A stretch of DNA of 64,000 nt from Dimorphilus gyrociliatus. Taxonomy: Eukaryota; Animalia; Annelida. Below are positions 26,301 through 41,200 of the stretch, in pieces. Each line of letters begins with the position of its first letter. Positions within the stretch are counted from its first letter, which is position 1. Where the stretch lies: positions 811,230 through 875,229 of the forward strand of contig CAJFCJ010000028.1 of assembly GCA_904063045.1 (NCBI GenBank). The letters are read 5' to 3'. The notes under the pieces are model-generated. The model was not told the origin of the DNA and searched no databases. It was given only the letters and a program-made list of their open reading frames with translations. The translations under genes were made by a program, and so were the position numbers.

Positions 26301-26915
26301 ATCTAATATGGATGTGTTAAAATTTGATATGTAACTCTATAAATATATAATATTATTTATAAATGTTTTTCGATAATTTAACACAATAAAGAGGTATTCA
26401 ATGGCGTTAATTCGAGCTTTGGGTGATAGCGAAATTGATATAATCATATTGATTGTTAGTAACATTTTAGAGCATCTATTTACCTAGGTGTATAGGGTAC
26501 TTCCCAGTCATTAAGGCAGCTCTGGAACCAGTGGATGTTGGCTGGACATAGTAATTTTTTAATATAATACCATCATAGGCCAAAGAGTCTATATTAGGCG
26601 TTGGTATTTGCTTGGATCCGTGAAAACTGACGTCTTCCCATCCCTTATGGAGAAATAAAGCAAAAAATATGTATTAATCCCGGCTGAGTGTCAATAGAAA
26701 ATCGAAAACGCTAAAAGCTATATAAGTATTGAATAAGCGTCACTTTCACAGCTTCGGCAGTTATTTAATCGATTATTATGAATAAATAATCCAAGAATTA
26801 AGTTACAGGTGTGAAATTAGTAAACTGTACCAACCAAATCATCAACGACTATTAAAAAAATATTTGGCCTTGGACTGCAAAATTGCAAAAGTGATAATAG
26901 CAGTATGCTCCTCAT
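23388..26915 (-). CDS. Arylsulfatase B/I/J-like protein with degenerate active site (7 exons, 635 aa)
   Basis: Exons 26915-26835, 26643-26484, 25556-25444, 25170-25048, 24954-24835, 24770-24496, 24423-23388; all GT-AG and phase consistent (1908 nt). Signal peptide, [77 protein letters not shown]. Confidence 0.93.
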
Positions 26916-29900
26916 CCTCTTTTCTGTTAAATGCAAGATTCGTCTAACACTAGACGGCGCTTACCAGATCTAGATTGATTGATGTAGAGCAAAAAATTGT
27001 TGGCAAAGAGCAATTGTTCAGTATAACGGACATAAAACACGATGTTCAAGCGCTAAGAACATGCTCTTTCCTCCAGATGCTAATATATCGAATTTTAAAA
27101 AGACTGTAAAACTTTAGGGGAATCTGCACGCTGTAATCACTAATCATGGCTAGTCACCCCTTTCAACTCAATTAATTACAATTTCGACCGTTTCTGGACT
27201 ACTCGCATATTAATTACATTAATTAGACGTTCTTCTGGCTCCTTTCTTCATTCTTTGCGATAAACTCCCCCTTTTTTAAGAAAGGTATTTAGCATTCTGG
27301 ACGCCTTTAAATTAAGAGTACATCTACAAATTCCCTCTTCATAAAAGTAGTACAACTCGTTAGTTAGAAGAAAATAATTATTAATTTAATTAATATTAGG
27401 AAGGTGATGCTATGACTTGATTATTCAATACGATTTTTTAATTGAAAAATTATACAGCTATATAAAGTATATATAGAAATATATATATATTTATATACAT
27501 TTTACACTTAATAATTACCCTTATGGTAATACATCTATAAGATTTTATTCTGAGTTTTTTAACACCGTTCAACAATAGTGAAAATGTAAATTTGACGTTT
27601 TTCGTAGTAACACCAACATATTAATCAGAATGTATAAATATATTAGTACGGTATTTAATAATTAGTACAAAAATAAATTCTAACTCTGTTTTGTTATGTA
27701 AATGTAACATTAGAGGTCTAGTTTTCATTCCCTTTCTTCCCTCAATACTTAACGCCTACAACATTTAATCATATAGGAGTGACATCTAGTTGACTATTGC
27801 TAATTTTCGACGATAGGGCTAGTTTCATTTTATTTGCTGTATATATTGTACAACTCTATATCTACATTATACGAGGCATTTACTATGTTTAATAATGCCA
27901 TCTATCGGTTAATTTCTCAACATCAGCTCTGCCTTTATAGAGAAACAATAACCTTAAGAATTTGTAAGTTCTTTTGAAATTTCGTATTCGATTTCTTTGT
28001 TCGTGATATTAGTTAAAATTTTGAAGCTATCCCATTACAGTTTGTTTTAAAAAGGAATAAATTTCAATAAAACAACATTCTTAGAGATATATAGAACAAT
28101 AACAATAAGCCTTCTACATGAGTAAATATTAATAGTTTATACTCTTATAAGTATATTAAACTATTAATAAATATTTCAAGATATTTATATAATTTCTGTA
28201 TCTTTTGTTAGTCTATTCCCAATAGTTTCGGTCTGCCAAACAATAGGACTTAATACTACAAGATTCTTAATAATATATATTTTGTTAGTTATCGATCGAT
28301 AACATATCTTAATGAACGTGAAAAATTTAAATTTTCTCTTTCTTCCTTTTAGTTTATAGAGAGTTATAAAGTCTGTAGTTTATAAAAACTAGAAAAAAAA
28401 GACAAACAACCAGATTCTATCTTGTAGAATGTTTGATGAATTATATTCTATACTAAATATTAACAAGTAAGAGTTTAGCATTTAATTAATATTTATAAAA
28501 CATGAGCTTTTTTTGTTTGTTGTCATTTAGAATGGTTTTTATATAAAATTTCAACAATCACTATCGTATGATTTCTTATGTTTTAATCCTACAATATCGT
28601 CTTTATCGTCTGTAACACTTGATTCGTTATTAACGGTTAAGTAAATTAAATTCTATTAATAGTGTGACGATACCAAAAATCCCCTATTACGATAGCCATT
28701 CAAAGAGACACTGTTAGAAAATAATTGAATATTAAATGTTTGTTTAATAGTGTATTATAAATATATCTATTAATATATTAAATAAATACATAACTCGAAT
28801 TACTTTGCAGTTTTATAAAAAGAGACAATAAATAGTTTCTTTAAACGTTTTAGTCTATTGAAGAGGTCAACGAAAGTCTTAAGCAAAAATCCCTTCCCTT
28901 GTTTTTTCCAGTCACTATTAATTATTGTAACAAAACGTATGATTAATAATTAATCATCTAGTTATAGATCACAAAAGGACAAAATTAAAATGTTACTTAA
29001 TTGCTATTCGAAAGGTAATAAATAAAATTCTTCAAAAAGAAGACTTTTAGAATTTTTTATTTTCACTGCAAAAAAGAGAATGTTCAATCATCGATTCGTG
29101 TAAAATACCGGCTTAATAACTCCCAGAGAGATTGTCTACATTGCTTCTTTCATTACTTAGTTATTTAATAGTCAGGTATATAACATTTTATATCATCATT
29201 CTTTGATAATTTAGCTTAATTATATTTTGTATAACTGACATCTTTTAAAATTTTCTACCAATAATAGATGTTGATTTTTAAAAGAATTTTTACTAAGAAT
29301 TCAATATCTACTATTCAATATGGTTGCATTTAGTTTGTCAGAAATATCAACTTTATTATCTCTCGAAGTTTATTCCCAAGTGATGGATGAAAATTCCCAA
29401 CATATAAAAAAACTATGTCTATATATATTCTAATATAAATTTTGTACTTGTAAATCTTTTCTCCAGAAGCTTTTTTCTAGTAAGAAGGAAGTTTTCTCTT
29501 CTCTTTCTTTTTTTTTGTTTACTTGTTTGTTATTCTAATAAAAATGTTGCAAGTAAAATAAAATGAATAGAAACAAAAGGAAAAGAGAGAAATAAAAAAT
29601 AATAATAAAAAATATAGAAAAGCATGTCTTTATTAACCTAGAAGTCGATGGTTGGATAAAATGACAAGTAACAATTTACCAGCTGGTAACTGAGAGAGTT
29701 CAATCACTTTTGTTACTGTTAATAATATGGACTGCATACAGAAAGAAATTATTCAGAAAATTGTCACTATATAAACTATATATACTGTACATGCAATAAT
29801 AAACTATTGGCAAACAAAAGAAAATCTTAAACTAATGGCAGAAATGAAATTATTCAGATAAGGATTTTATATATAGCGTATGATAGATTATTCAATGTGC

Positions 29901-32809
29901 ATTGCAGATAGGACAATCGCTTTTTCTTAAATTGTTAATAAAGAAATATATAGACTTATCCTTATTTAAAATACATCAAAAGTAATATTGTACAGTAATT
30001 TATAATTAATTCTTCAACTGTAAATACATTGCAGTATTTTCAAAGTTCACATTTTAAAATTTAAACACGCAAACAGTGACCCAAACATTTGGGAAAAGCA
30101 TCCTGATAAATTAATTCACATTGAATGATATAGATCATTTTACTCTAACTAAACAATCCCTAATGACCATGACTTACTTAAAAGAACGAACTGTCTAAGT
30201 TTTTGTTCTTTCTCTTCTTCTATTTCTCTATCTTCCTATTTTTTACATAACCCAAGATGATTATAAAAGGAAGAAAATGATCATTTTAGTATTTTATAAA
30301 TCTTCTTTTTTTCCTATCAATCATATTCGTCTTACGTTGTTAATTAGTAAACTATAATTGACATTTTGCGAACAAAATATCCTAAAATAATATATTAAAC
30401 CAACAATCTTGGAATTGTTATATTGTATTGTTTAATAGTTATTCAAAGATAAGTCCTGAATAAAATTTATAAAGGTAAAGGTCAGATAAAGAGAAAAATA
30501 AATATGTAATTGATATACTATATAATCATCATATCTTATTTTTACACTTTTCATGCCAATTACTTAAATAGCTACAAGCCATTTTCAGTATTTTTATTAA
30601 GATTTTCATAGTTGAATAACATATCTGAAGTCTGAAGGAGAGGAAAGAGACAGATTTTTTTTATTCATGGCAGCTTTTGGGAAAGAAATGTCACAAAATT
30701 TATAACAAAGGGAGAAAGAATTGAGCTTTATCTGATGATTTCCAAGATTTCGCTAGGGACATATTCCAAAAAGACATTTGTGCTGTAGCATGTCCCTCTG
30801 TAGAATTGAAGAAATTGCTTCAAATTATTTACTTCTTTAGGTAAACTTTATGCCAAATGAAAGAAATACATCAGCAATATGTCTATTTAGCAATATTCTT
30901 TCATCTAAACTTCTTTTATTTGGCCCGCGAGAAGGCTACAAAAGTTAGAATGAGGCTAATACAAATAGATGTTGCAGGTAAGAGAATCAAAGCCATATCT
31001 ATAAAAAACATTGCAAACAAAAATTTTAATTATATCTCAATATTTAACTTTCCTATTTCAATGTATTTAGCTAATTTTTATGACAAAAGGTAATTTTAAA
31101 AATGAATAATTAGATATTAATTGTAAATAGCTTAAAAGAAACGTTTTATAATACATAAAATATATAATATAAATACAAATTTTTGTCAAGTAACCTCTTC
31201 TAGTCCTAACAGCAAAGTCAAGCAGCTATTTATCCTCTAGTATCAATAGTATTTTTGAAAGCCAAACTAGAAAATTTCTCTACTAGATGTCTCTATTGCA
31301 AATGGACTGGAACTTTTTTTTTCTTTTCATATAATATTCTGGGAAGATAAAGAGACGTTTTCAAGATTTCATTCTACATGGCATTATAAGTTGTTATCGT
31401 TACTCTTTTATGCTTAATAATAGACAGCATCAAAATTTAATGGAGCAGGAAACCAAGATTATATATTATTTCGAAAATTAAACCTATTATTCGTATAAAG
31501 CAATTTAAACAGCTTTAAACCTGGTGATAATATCGCAGATTATTCTTTTTCCATCCATCATGGTTGAATAGTAACAGCAATTTACATTGAAAGAGATAAA
31601 GATAACAATAGTAAATATACTGTATATATATATATAGATATATTATTATTATTATTTTCTAAAGAAAACAAGCTTCCTACTATCGGAGTTCTTATCTATT
31701 TTGATAAAATGGAATTACTACATATTCGAATATTTTTTTACTTGAATAAGCAATTGGTTTTTTTTTAAATTATCATAAAATATTTAATATAATATATTAG
31801 TATATATATATATAAAACTGCTATTATTGAATTTACTATAATAAGTTAATGAAGTTTTCATTCATTTTAGACTTTATTGATACTGATGAGTTTTGAAGTG
31901 GAGATCATCAAGTTTACATAGACTTAACAGTGTTTGAGTAAAAGAATTGAATATGTCTATAAATAGATTTTCTCCATATTAATGAATTGAGTTTAAAAAA
32001 AAGGACTACAGTTTTGGAACAAATAACAAATGCAATATTACAAATGAGAAATATTAAATAATTAATTCTACCTCTCCATATAAACACAGTTATACGCAAT
32101 AAATCAATAATTATAGTTTCAATTATGTTAAATTAGTATTATATACTTTTCTATGGATATATAGATATACTGTATATATATATATATATTATAATTTATT
32201 AGTATATACATCTATATTTATATTTGCATACTTTTACATAAAAAACGCTTGTACTACTTTATTAACACCAAGAAATTGACCTATTTTACTCGAGAAAGAA
32301 AAAGAAGAAATAGACAAGCTGATACTCCCAAAACACTATTCGGATCGATTGCGATCTCCTACCCCTTGTAAGCCCTATCATTAATATTAAAGCGTTAGAA
32401 ATTTTTTGATTAACAAAATGGGAATGTAGCATAAACATTAAATCAATTAAGCAATAATTACAATATATTAGATATATATATTTTAAAAATTCGTATTATT
32501 ATAGTACCATATTGAATAATTATTAAAATATTTTCTTTTATTACCTGCTTTAATTCCTTTGCAATATCTCTTCAAGATTTGAAAATGGCTTGCTACTATA
32601 TCACATAGCAAGCAACTAAAAATTAGCTTTAAGTGTTATACTTTCTATGACAACTCTAGCTGCGCCCCCTATTTTTTAGTAGTGGAATCGTTTTAAATCA
32701 CTTTTTTTTCAATGTATTTTTTTTTCTTTAGAGTCTTTTTGTTAGATATTCACACGATTAATAAAGGTTTAAGGAGTCGGTGAGAAGATATATTTGCATA
32801 GTTTTCATA

Positions 32810-33085
32810 TACATGTATATATGTATATATTAAAAATTATAGCACATAGATATACCGTATATACAGCACATATATAAGCATATATATATATATATAGATG
32901 TAGTATATTTATATATTTTTATGATACTGTATTCAAAAATTAATATAAATATATGTATGTGCTGCATACTATATATCATATATTCATATATCTTACATTA
33001 TATATACTGTATATACATATATATATATATATACACACACATACAACATACAGACTGCATATATACTGTATATATAATTATATAT
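32810..33085. repeat. Degenerate (TA/CA)n low-complexity tract
   Basis: Interrupted TA, TACA and CA runs just 3' of the C2H2 gene. Confidence 0.85.
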
Positions 33086-33132
33086 AAAGTACGAAATTCG
33101 TCTACAAGAGTTCCAAAAAACGCATAAAAAAT

Positions 33133-36100
33133 TCATATACTAGGTTGAATCTTTTTTTCGTGAACCTTGTTATAATGTTGGGCCATTGCGGTTTGTGTAT
33201 TAAATCTTTCACTGCAGTTGGAGCAAGTAAACTTCATCATATTCCAATGTTTGGTTTTCTTGTGAAGACTCATACCCTAATTAATAAATAATAAACACTT
33301 AATAAATAGATATATATTTATATATTGAAATTTTGCTTATTTTTCTTTCTTTTTATCACTTACTTGAATTGTTTGAAAGTCTTGACCGCAATAATTGCAG
33401 GTATGTCTCAAACCGCAATGCGTCTAGGGCAAAAAAAGACAATTAAATAAATTATATAAATGATAAAATGCTATGATTCTAGCACTAAATCAAGGTTTTT
33501 ATTGAATAAAAAACCTTTTATAAGAATTTTTTCCCTTAAATTCGCCGAGTTTTTTTTCATATTTTATCGGTAATTTTCCAATATTTTACTACTTTTTCCA
33601 ATGCGATAGATGGCGATATTTATTATATTTAAACATTTACCAAAGCAACATATAAGAATTTATTGTTGTTGTTTTTTAGAGATACCGAAAGATGGCGTTA
33701 ATTCTACTTCGCAAAGTTATTACTATATCTCTTTCGTCGTGTTTTTTTTTAATAATAGGTTATATGCAATATGAGATTTAAATACCTGTTGAACGTGATG
33801 TTTCATTGTTCCGTAATGTTTATAAGAAACGTCACACCCTTTCCAAGGGCACATATAACGCCCATTTCCTGACATAACTGGCCTTATCCTTATCTTTCCA
33901 TCCCGTATCTCAGAAACAGTCTGTAGTTTGTCGGCAAACTTGGCCGAAATTTCAGCACTATTATTTTCTGAAGCTAGAAGAGCGAAAAGAGAAATCATTT
34001 ATAAAAAAATCAATAAATCAAACATGTTTTTCTTTAATAACAGTCATAGTAAACTTTGTACACTTTAAGTGAATAGTAACAAATCACTCCTTAAGCCAAT
34101 CCGGCATCATTACGAATCAAGGAATAGGCTTTTTAAATAACATATTTCATACAAATTGCGATTACTTTAGAGCTTTGAATAAAAAGTCCAAATGGCCCTT
34201 AAATGTTACCGATACTCTACAAGTAAGATGAAACTTTAAGAAATATTATTAATCTCGTATAAAAAAATGGCGGGAAAAGGAGACTAGTAATAAGTTGAGA
34301 CTAGGGACAATTCAGAAATTTGATACTTCAATAAAAGTCACATATGCTTTAGATTGATGACAAACAATAGAGTGACGTAACCGAATACTAGTATTCTTTC
34401 ATCCTAAACAATGTTAATATTCTCCCTTTAGTCACAGTTTAATCTGATAACCAAATCCCGCATTTTTCTCTATCTGTGTCTCTCCTTTCTCATATTATTA
34501 GGTCTACTAGCTACAAGAGCTTATTTATGCAAACTATAACTTAAAAGATCTTATTAATTAAAGAGCTTTGATAGGTAAATATTTGTTTTTACGATTAGAT
34601 ATAACATTCTTGTTACTATTTACTTCAAAAAATATTGCCTATGTAATGTATATTTTCGTCTTATAAGTCGGTTTCCTTTTAGTTTGCGATCTATTTATAG
34701 GTTTTAGAAGAAAAAATATAAATAAAATTGCCAAACTAGTATAGAAATTCTACTATAAAAGTTAAAGCATATAGATATCTAGGCTTAAACTCTCTAAACA
34801 TTAATTTAGAAAATAAAAATGAAATAAATTTCAACAGGCTATCAAGGTCGAGTATTGTTCTAAAAGTTACAAAATTGTTTTCCTCGATAGATGGAGTTGT
34901 TAAGCTGCCAGGTTTGATATTCGACGAATGCGTGAAATAAGAGGGAAAGGGGATGGCTAAGGCTAGAGGAGAGATATAGAATGCAAAATTGGATAGAAAT
35001 GGTGTCAGAAAAAATAGTTTAAACTATAACAAAAATAAATAAAATCTAAAAATATACTGATATGAAGATCGAAAAAGATGAGAACTATCTTGGTTTATTT
35101 GGCCGTTGAATGCATAATCTATCAAGAAAGAGATGATAAGTCTGTCTTTCTCCTACTCATTCTTCCTCATTGCTTTAAAGTCAGAAGTTTTCCTTTTTTT
35201 TTTACTTTTAAGAAAAATCTATAAACATCACGTGATAGTTTATTCAGAGCTGTTGTTTAGTTGTATAACTTACATTGTTTATAAAAAACGGTACCATTTA
35301 CTTTTGGTATATCGCTTGACTTTGATTTTGAAGTTGCTTATCTCTATAAACTCAAGGGCTTTAAATTTTTATTTGAATAAATAAAAGAGTTATATAAGAT
35401 ATTATCCAAATCGAAAGGTTTCAGTGCTTTGCTACAAACTGCAAAAATAATGAACCAGTCATGGACTTTTACGACAAAAATTCGGTCGAAGTGTAAAAAG
35501 GAATAAGATAAATGGCTAAGCGGATTTAAAGAATTCATGTGCAACAAGTAACCTCTCAACCTCTACTAAGATCACTTTCAGCTTGACCTCCTAACGGTCT
35601 CCCAAGCTCAAAACATTTGTTTTCTTTTACACATACAGTTTTTTTAGGCGATGAAAAGTCGAATTGGCATCGATTTCCTTCTTTTTATAAAATGAAAACC
35701 TTTTGAGAGCCTTTTTCCTAAAATTCTATTTATAATATTAAAGATGGATAGTAAAAATTGCAAAAGGAGACGGAGAAAGTGAAAAGAATTAGGTTGTTAC
35801 TACATGCAACAACAACCTAAGAAAATAGGCCTTTACATTATATATGCACTATATATATATATATCTTTATATATAAATGATATAGAACACCATCGCCTCT
35901 TATTATATTTTAACATATAATTTGTCTTAAGCCACTAGATTATTGTAGGCTGTTTTTTATACAAAATGTACAACAAACATAAGATCACTTACGCTATGAT
36001 TCAATCAACATTTTCTTTTTTATATAAAATACATTTTAGTATACAAACGATAAATAAGTTTATCTCACGATTTGCGCTATTTTTACATGATATTTTAATT

Positions 36101-36981
36101 ATGTAAACTTATCTTGTAATAGTTAAGGCTTTTAGATGATTAATAAAATGAGAAAATTATAATATATGAATAAGAAGAGAATTGAAAACAAGAGATGATG
36201 ATTAGGATAAAAGCTAATTGTTGTATAGGAAAATTAAAAAAAAAAAGAAAAAACAGTTACTGTACGCTATTCTTAAAATTCTTAAGAATAAAGAATGTCA
36301 TTTGGAAGAGTAATCATAAAATAGGGAAATTTGAGTCGCTTAAAGAGTGATTGTAAATAGTTTTAAGATTCGATTAAATTAATTTATACTAACCAACTTT
36401 TACTGTCAGTAAAATCGTTAAAAAAATATACAAATGGGGGCAATGAATCTTTATATTGCCTTTCTACCCTTCCTTTCCCTTCTTATACGCCTTCTCTAAT
36501 TATAAACAATGTACAATGTCACGTGACTTTCATCCTTCAAAGTCAGATGTATTCGAAAGTCGTGCTATAACAATAAACAGATAAATTTTTCAGCTTCTTG
36601 CTTTTGTTTCGGCTTGGACAAACAATTATAGCTTTTGGAAAACTTCTAAGTTCTGTTCACATGACTAGCATTGTAAATTCTAGTGAAATTGACTTTTCTT
36701 TGAGAAATACCAGATTTAAAAAATTACTAATTTTCGTTTAGAATGACATTGCAAAAGATCCATAAGAAATTCCATATGTCATGTATTTATATTACATATG
36801 TATATCCATCTCCATAGAGTGTACAGATAGATTTATACAAGTGGGAATGGATGGATTGTTTAAATGTATAATTTTATGATATACATACGTATAAATCATG
36901 TATTATATTGAATATTCCCGTTTAAAATACCTATTTATGTATACACCTAATTATAGATAATATACAGTAGAGATCTCTTAA

Positions 36982-37017
<36 letters not shown>

Positions 37018-37862
37018 TGTATATATATACATATACATATATATATGTCGCAAGTTTTGCTCTGAATTTTATCAGGTGACTTAGAAGGACGAAATTGTAA
37101 AAGTCACACACGCCTCTAAAACAATTTACAAACAACAGACCGATTGTCCCCCGCTAACTCACACAACAAACTTTCCCATAAACAATCTCCAGATGTTTAG
37201 CTTAAACAAGATGACTTTAAAGTGTACAAAGAAATAATGGGAAAAAAATCTCGGGCGTAAGAAATTGAATTAGAAATAAGGCTTATCAACTTACGCTTTT
37301 TCGTACGCTTCTTGGACCGTTCTTCGTCGACTTTAACTTTTTGTTCAATAGTGAGATCCATAGGTAGGGCATCCTCATCGTAATTAGCATATTCATATGG
37401 TGGTGATACCATACTAGGACTATCGAACATGCTTACATCGATCGCTCTTTTTAACGGTTGACAATTCTTACTTTGCAATAGACTCGTCTTAAATGTCATA
37501 CTTGATGTTGTAGTTCTTATTTTGTCTCCTGAACTCTCTTCATTCCATTCCTTTTGGAAATCACTTCCATCATCTGCTTCGTCTTCTGTAGGTGTTTGGG
37601 AAATAATATCATCCTCAGTTTCATCTTCTTCATTATCCTTAATATAATTATTATTATTACTGTTATTATCATTATTATTATTATTTAGCTTGAAAGTCTG
37701 ATCTAATTGAACCCATGCCAACATTTGTGATTTTTCATCCGAAACACAGAAATTTCCTTTAATACATAGATTCTTTGCGCTTGAACTGGAATTGGTCGAC
37801 AATACCTTTCCGATAGTATTGAGAATACTTCTTTCCAAATCATTCTTTAAATCTCTCTGCAT
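33133..37862 (-). CDS. C2H2 zinc-finger protein, three C-terminal fingers (4 exons, 319 aa)
   Basis: Exons 37862-37295, 33973-33786, 33423-33364, 33276-33133; phases 1/0/0 match. Fingers CPWKGC...HVQQTH, CNYC...HKKTKH, CSNC...HYNKVH are each completed correctly by splicing. Poly-Asn/acidic linker, PMDLT motif and basic KKRTKKR NLS-like stretch. Confidence 0.85.
36987..37046. repeat. (TA)n microsatellite interrupted by CTG
   Basis: TA run, then CTG at 37017-37019, then further TA/CA units. Confidence 0.95.
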
Positions 37863-38229
37863 GATTGTTGAGGAGGCAAGTAGGATAGAGAATAGAGATA
37901 GAAGAGCGGGAAATGTATAGATAGAAATTTAAGAGAGAATTTTACTTGGTCGAAAACTTGAGATGAAATGACAAACATCTGCGCAGCATCGCCAAAGTTC
38001 GAGTCAAGCCAAACTTGACAGACGTAGTCTAAAAAAAAGTGAAATTTAATACGCTATACTGCCGCGCGACCTACTCACAGTGAGAGTAATGACATACGAT
38101 AGCAAACGCGCCTTTTTCCCTATTTTTCAGGTCCGATAAAACCTTATCGCTTGGATAAAGCTGAAAAAGGGACTTTTTCGCCTAAGGTATAAAACTGTTG
38201 TAGAATGAGCGACTAGGGGAGAAGGGAGC

Positions 38230-38233
<4 letters not shown>

Positions 38234-38270
<37 letters not shown>
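38234..38270. repeat. (GA)n microsatellite
   Basis: About 16 GA units, 370 nt upstream of the C2H2 gene ATG; potential GAGA-type element. Confidence 0.95.
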
Positions 38271-38271
<1 letters not shown>

Positions 38272-41200
38272 GGATGGACGAAGACAATTATTTGATGAGA
38301 AGTTATTTCCAACAGACGAGGAGATATGATTTAAACTTTTAAGAACAAATTTCCAAAAATCCTCTTTAATCTTTCCAGTTGTAGTTAAAGTTATGGATGA
38401 TTTGTACGTGAACAGGTAGAAGTTTTTCGAAGTGGTCCGATTGTTTCGTAAAGGACACCAAGTCCGTAGGCCTACTTAAAACTGATAAGTAAAGTTTTTG
38501 AGCGGGAAAACAAGCTCCATCTATGGGATTTGGATTGTAGAATTTATATATTATATAGGGAGACAGAGCTGGAGAGACGTAGAACGAGAGAGAAGGTGAC
38601 ATCTGCCGACAATAGCTTTAAATGTATTCAAGATGTAGAAGTAAACAGTGCAAATTCAATCCTAATTGAATGTTTTCTTTTGTCCCAAATGAGCGAGGAC
38701 ACGTTGAGAAAACTTTATTAAAAATTAAAAGAGAAAATAGTAGCTTAAATTCTTAACCTTCATTCATTCATTCATTTATTTATTTGACGCTTTTTTTAGT
38801 GGAATATCTTAGAAAAAGGGCAACAGAATGACAGTGACGACGAATCCAAGGGAAATTAAATATCTGATAATTCATTAAGTTAAATTCTGCTTAAGCATTT
38901 CAGGCTTACAGTTCAATACAATTTCATTTAAAGGGAGAATTATTTTTAAATGTTTGTCAATAAAGTAATTAAGCCTATTTAAGGGAATGCAATGGCAATT
39001 TATTCATTATCCCTTTTAAAAAAAGTATTGAAAGACACTCACACACCATTTAAATTATGGGATCAGAAGATGTACTTTTAAAAGAAAATTCCAATACGTC
39101 GAATCCCTCTAAGGTAATAAAATTTTGATTTTTATGGCTTTAATTAACAGTTCTAAGAATATTCGAAGACTGATTTACCTTGTTATTGTATACATATAGT
39201 ATTTAACAGGAGGATTAAATTGTCAAAGGGGAATATCTTTCTGAATGCCATCTATTATTTAAAGATTTTGTGAAGCCTAGTTTGACAGATTTAATTATTC
39301 TGTTATATTTAGGGAACTAAAGTTAAAGTTAAGCAGTGATGCCATCTGTTAGCCTTTCAGCTGACAAAATAAAGGGACTAACGAAAAGAACGAATTACAA
39401 TCATTTACTTTTAGTGATAAATTGTTTAAAATTATCCAGAAATAGGCGTAAAATTAGCATACACTTAACAATTTTTTATTGAACTGTGAATGTGGTTTCT
39501 CCTATCAGAATTTTGAAACAAAAACCAAAAAGTTTTTTCTTCATTCTTTCAATGAAATAAACCATACAACTGGTTTTTTTTTATAAATTAAGAACCAAAT
39601 GGAGAATATGTGACGTTGAAAATTTATTGCTTGTCAACGTCAATTTTAGTAGTAGTGACATCTACTTAGAAAATTCTAAATGCATAAGATGATTTATTAT
39701 TGAACCTAGTTTACTTATTAATATAAAGTAGATACCCCTTTGTGTTATTAGACTTGTATAGCGCCTTTGATATTTATATAATTATTTGCAGATTTGCAGT
39801 TTTTATCATGTAAAATTTATGTGAACCTTTCTAATTTGCGTAAAATTTATAACAAAACTACAGCATACTGTCAGTGATAAGAGTTTGCGGTAAATTTTCC
39901 GTTTTCTCAAATTATACGAGGCCTTTCATTTCACTCATCTTCTCTTTTTTTATTATTATGAAACTATATAAAATTCCTTTAACCGATGAATTTTACGCAT
40001 TAGTTTATACGTTTGATAAATAGGTATAAATTTTCAATAAAAACACTCTAAATACCGCAATTTTCTGATTTTCTTCTTCCTGTACGATTTGTTAGAACCG
40101 ATCAGAAATGAAAGAAAAAATAGGTTAATAACTTTTCCCCTTAATTGAGTTTATAACTATTTTATAGATGAATTAGCTGACGACGATAGGTAAACTTCAA
40201 ATCTGTCAACTACAACAAAACATTTTAATAGAGAGTTGTTATAGTTAAAGTATAAATGTAGATGTATGTTGTATCAATATTGTAGAAATGTATGTTATTT
40301 GATGGGGAAAATTTGGATAAAAGAGGTGTATTCGCCTCTTATTTGGCTTTATCCTTTTGCAGTATTCTTATCTTGTTAAAAATTTTGTTACAATTAATTG
40401 AGTAACACTGTCTTATTTGTCGTCATGTTCGTTGCATCGAAGTATTTTTGTCTTGTTTGATACAGGAATTTATAAGATGTATAATGTTTTCGTTGTCTGT
40501 TTGTTTCATATATAAAATATGCGTTTGTAGGTATATTTATTCTAAGAGAAAGAAACTTATTCTACACAATTCATTCTGTCACTGGTGAAAATATGCAAAA
40601 GTTGTATACATCAATCACGTTGATTGCTCATAGGACTACGTCGTAATAAAGTGTAGCGAGCCGAGTTTGGCATGTGACGCCGCGCACGTCACTACTAATT
40701 GAGCGACGTCAATAGACGTCTGACAGCTGCAGAGACGCTAGCTGTATAGTTTGATTGACGGGAAATGTTTTAAAAAGGATGGGGGTGGCGTTAGAATGAG
40801 GTAAAAAAATAGTCTGCAAACGTTCCTTTAGAAATAGGAATATATTTTGCAGTATATTCCAAATATAAAAAACGTAATCGTTTATGAACAGTTTATCTAA
40901 GTCATTATGCAATTATGCTGCATATATATATGTACTAATATAATCTTTATAAATCTACAGATCAATATACCTACACAGAGTATTTTTATAAATACAACGT
41001 ATTATAAATATCATACTTTATCAGACAACGTATGTGTAAATATACATAAGGTATGTATTGTATATATTGGATATTATAAAGTATGCAAGCTTGTATTCAT
41101 ATAATTTTCACTCATATTTCTCAAAAATCCCTTTCTCTTTATTAAATCATAATTCATAATTTCAACTATTCATTCTTGTAAATAAACTAAGTCTTTGAAT

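Noticed and set aside
34902-34911. AAGCTGCCAG resembling the 5' end of miR-22
   Set aside because: Match stops after 10 nt and no hairpin is evident.
37997-38005. GTTCGAGTC resembling a tRNA T-loop / B box
   Set aside because: No cloverleaf stems or A box around it.
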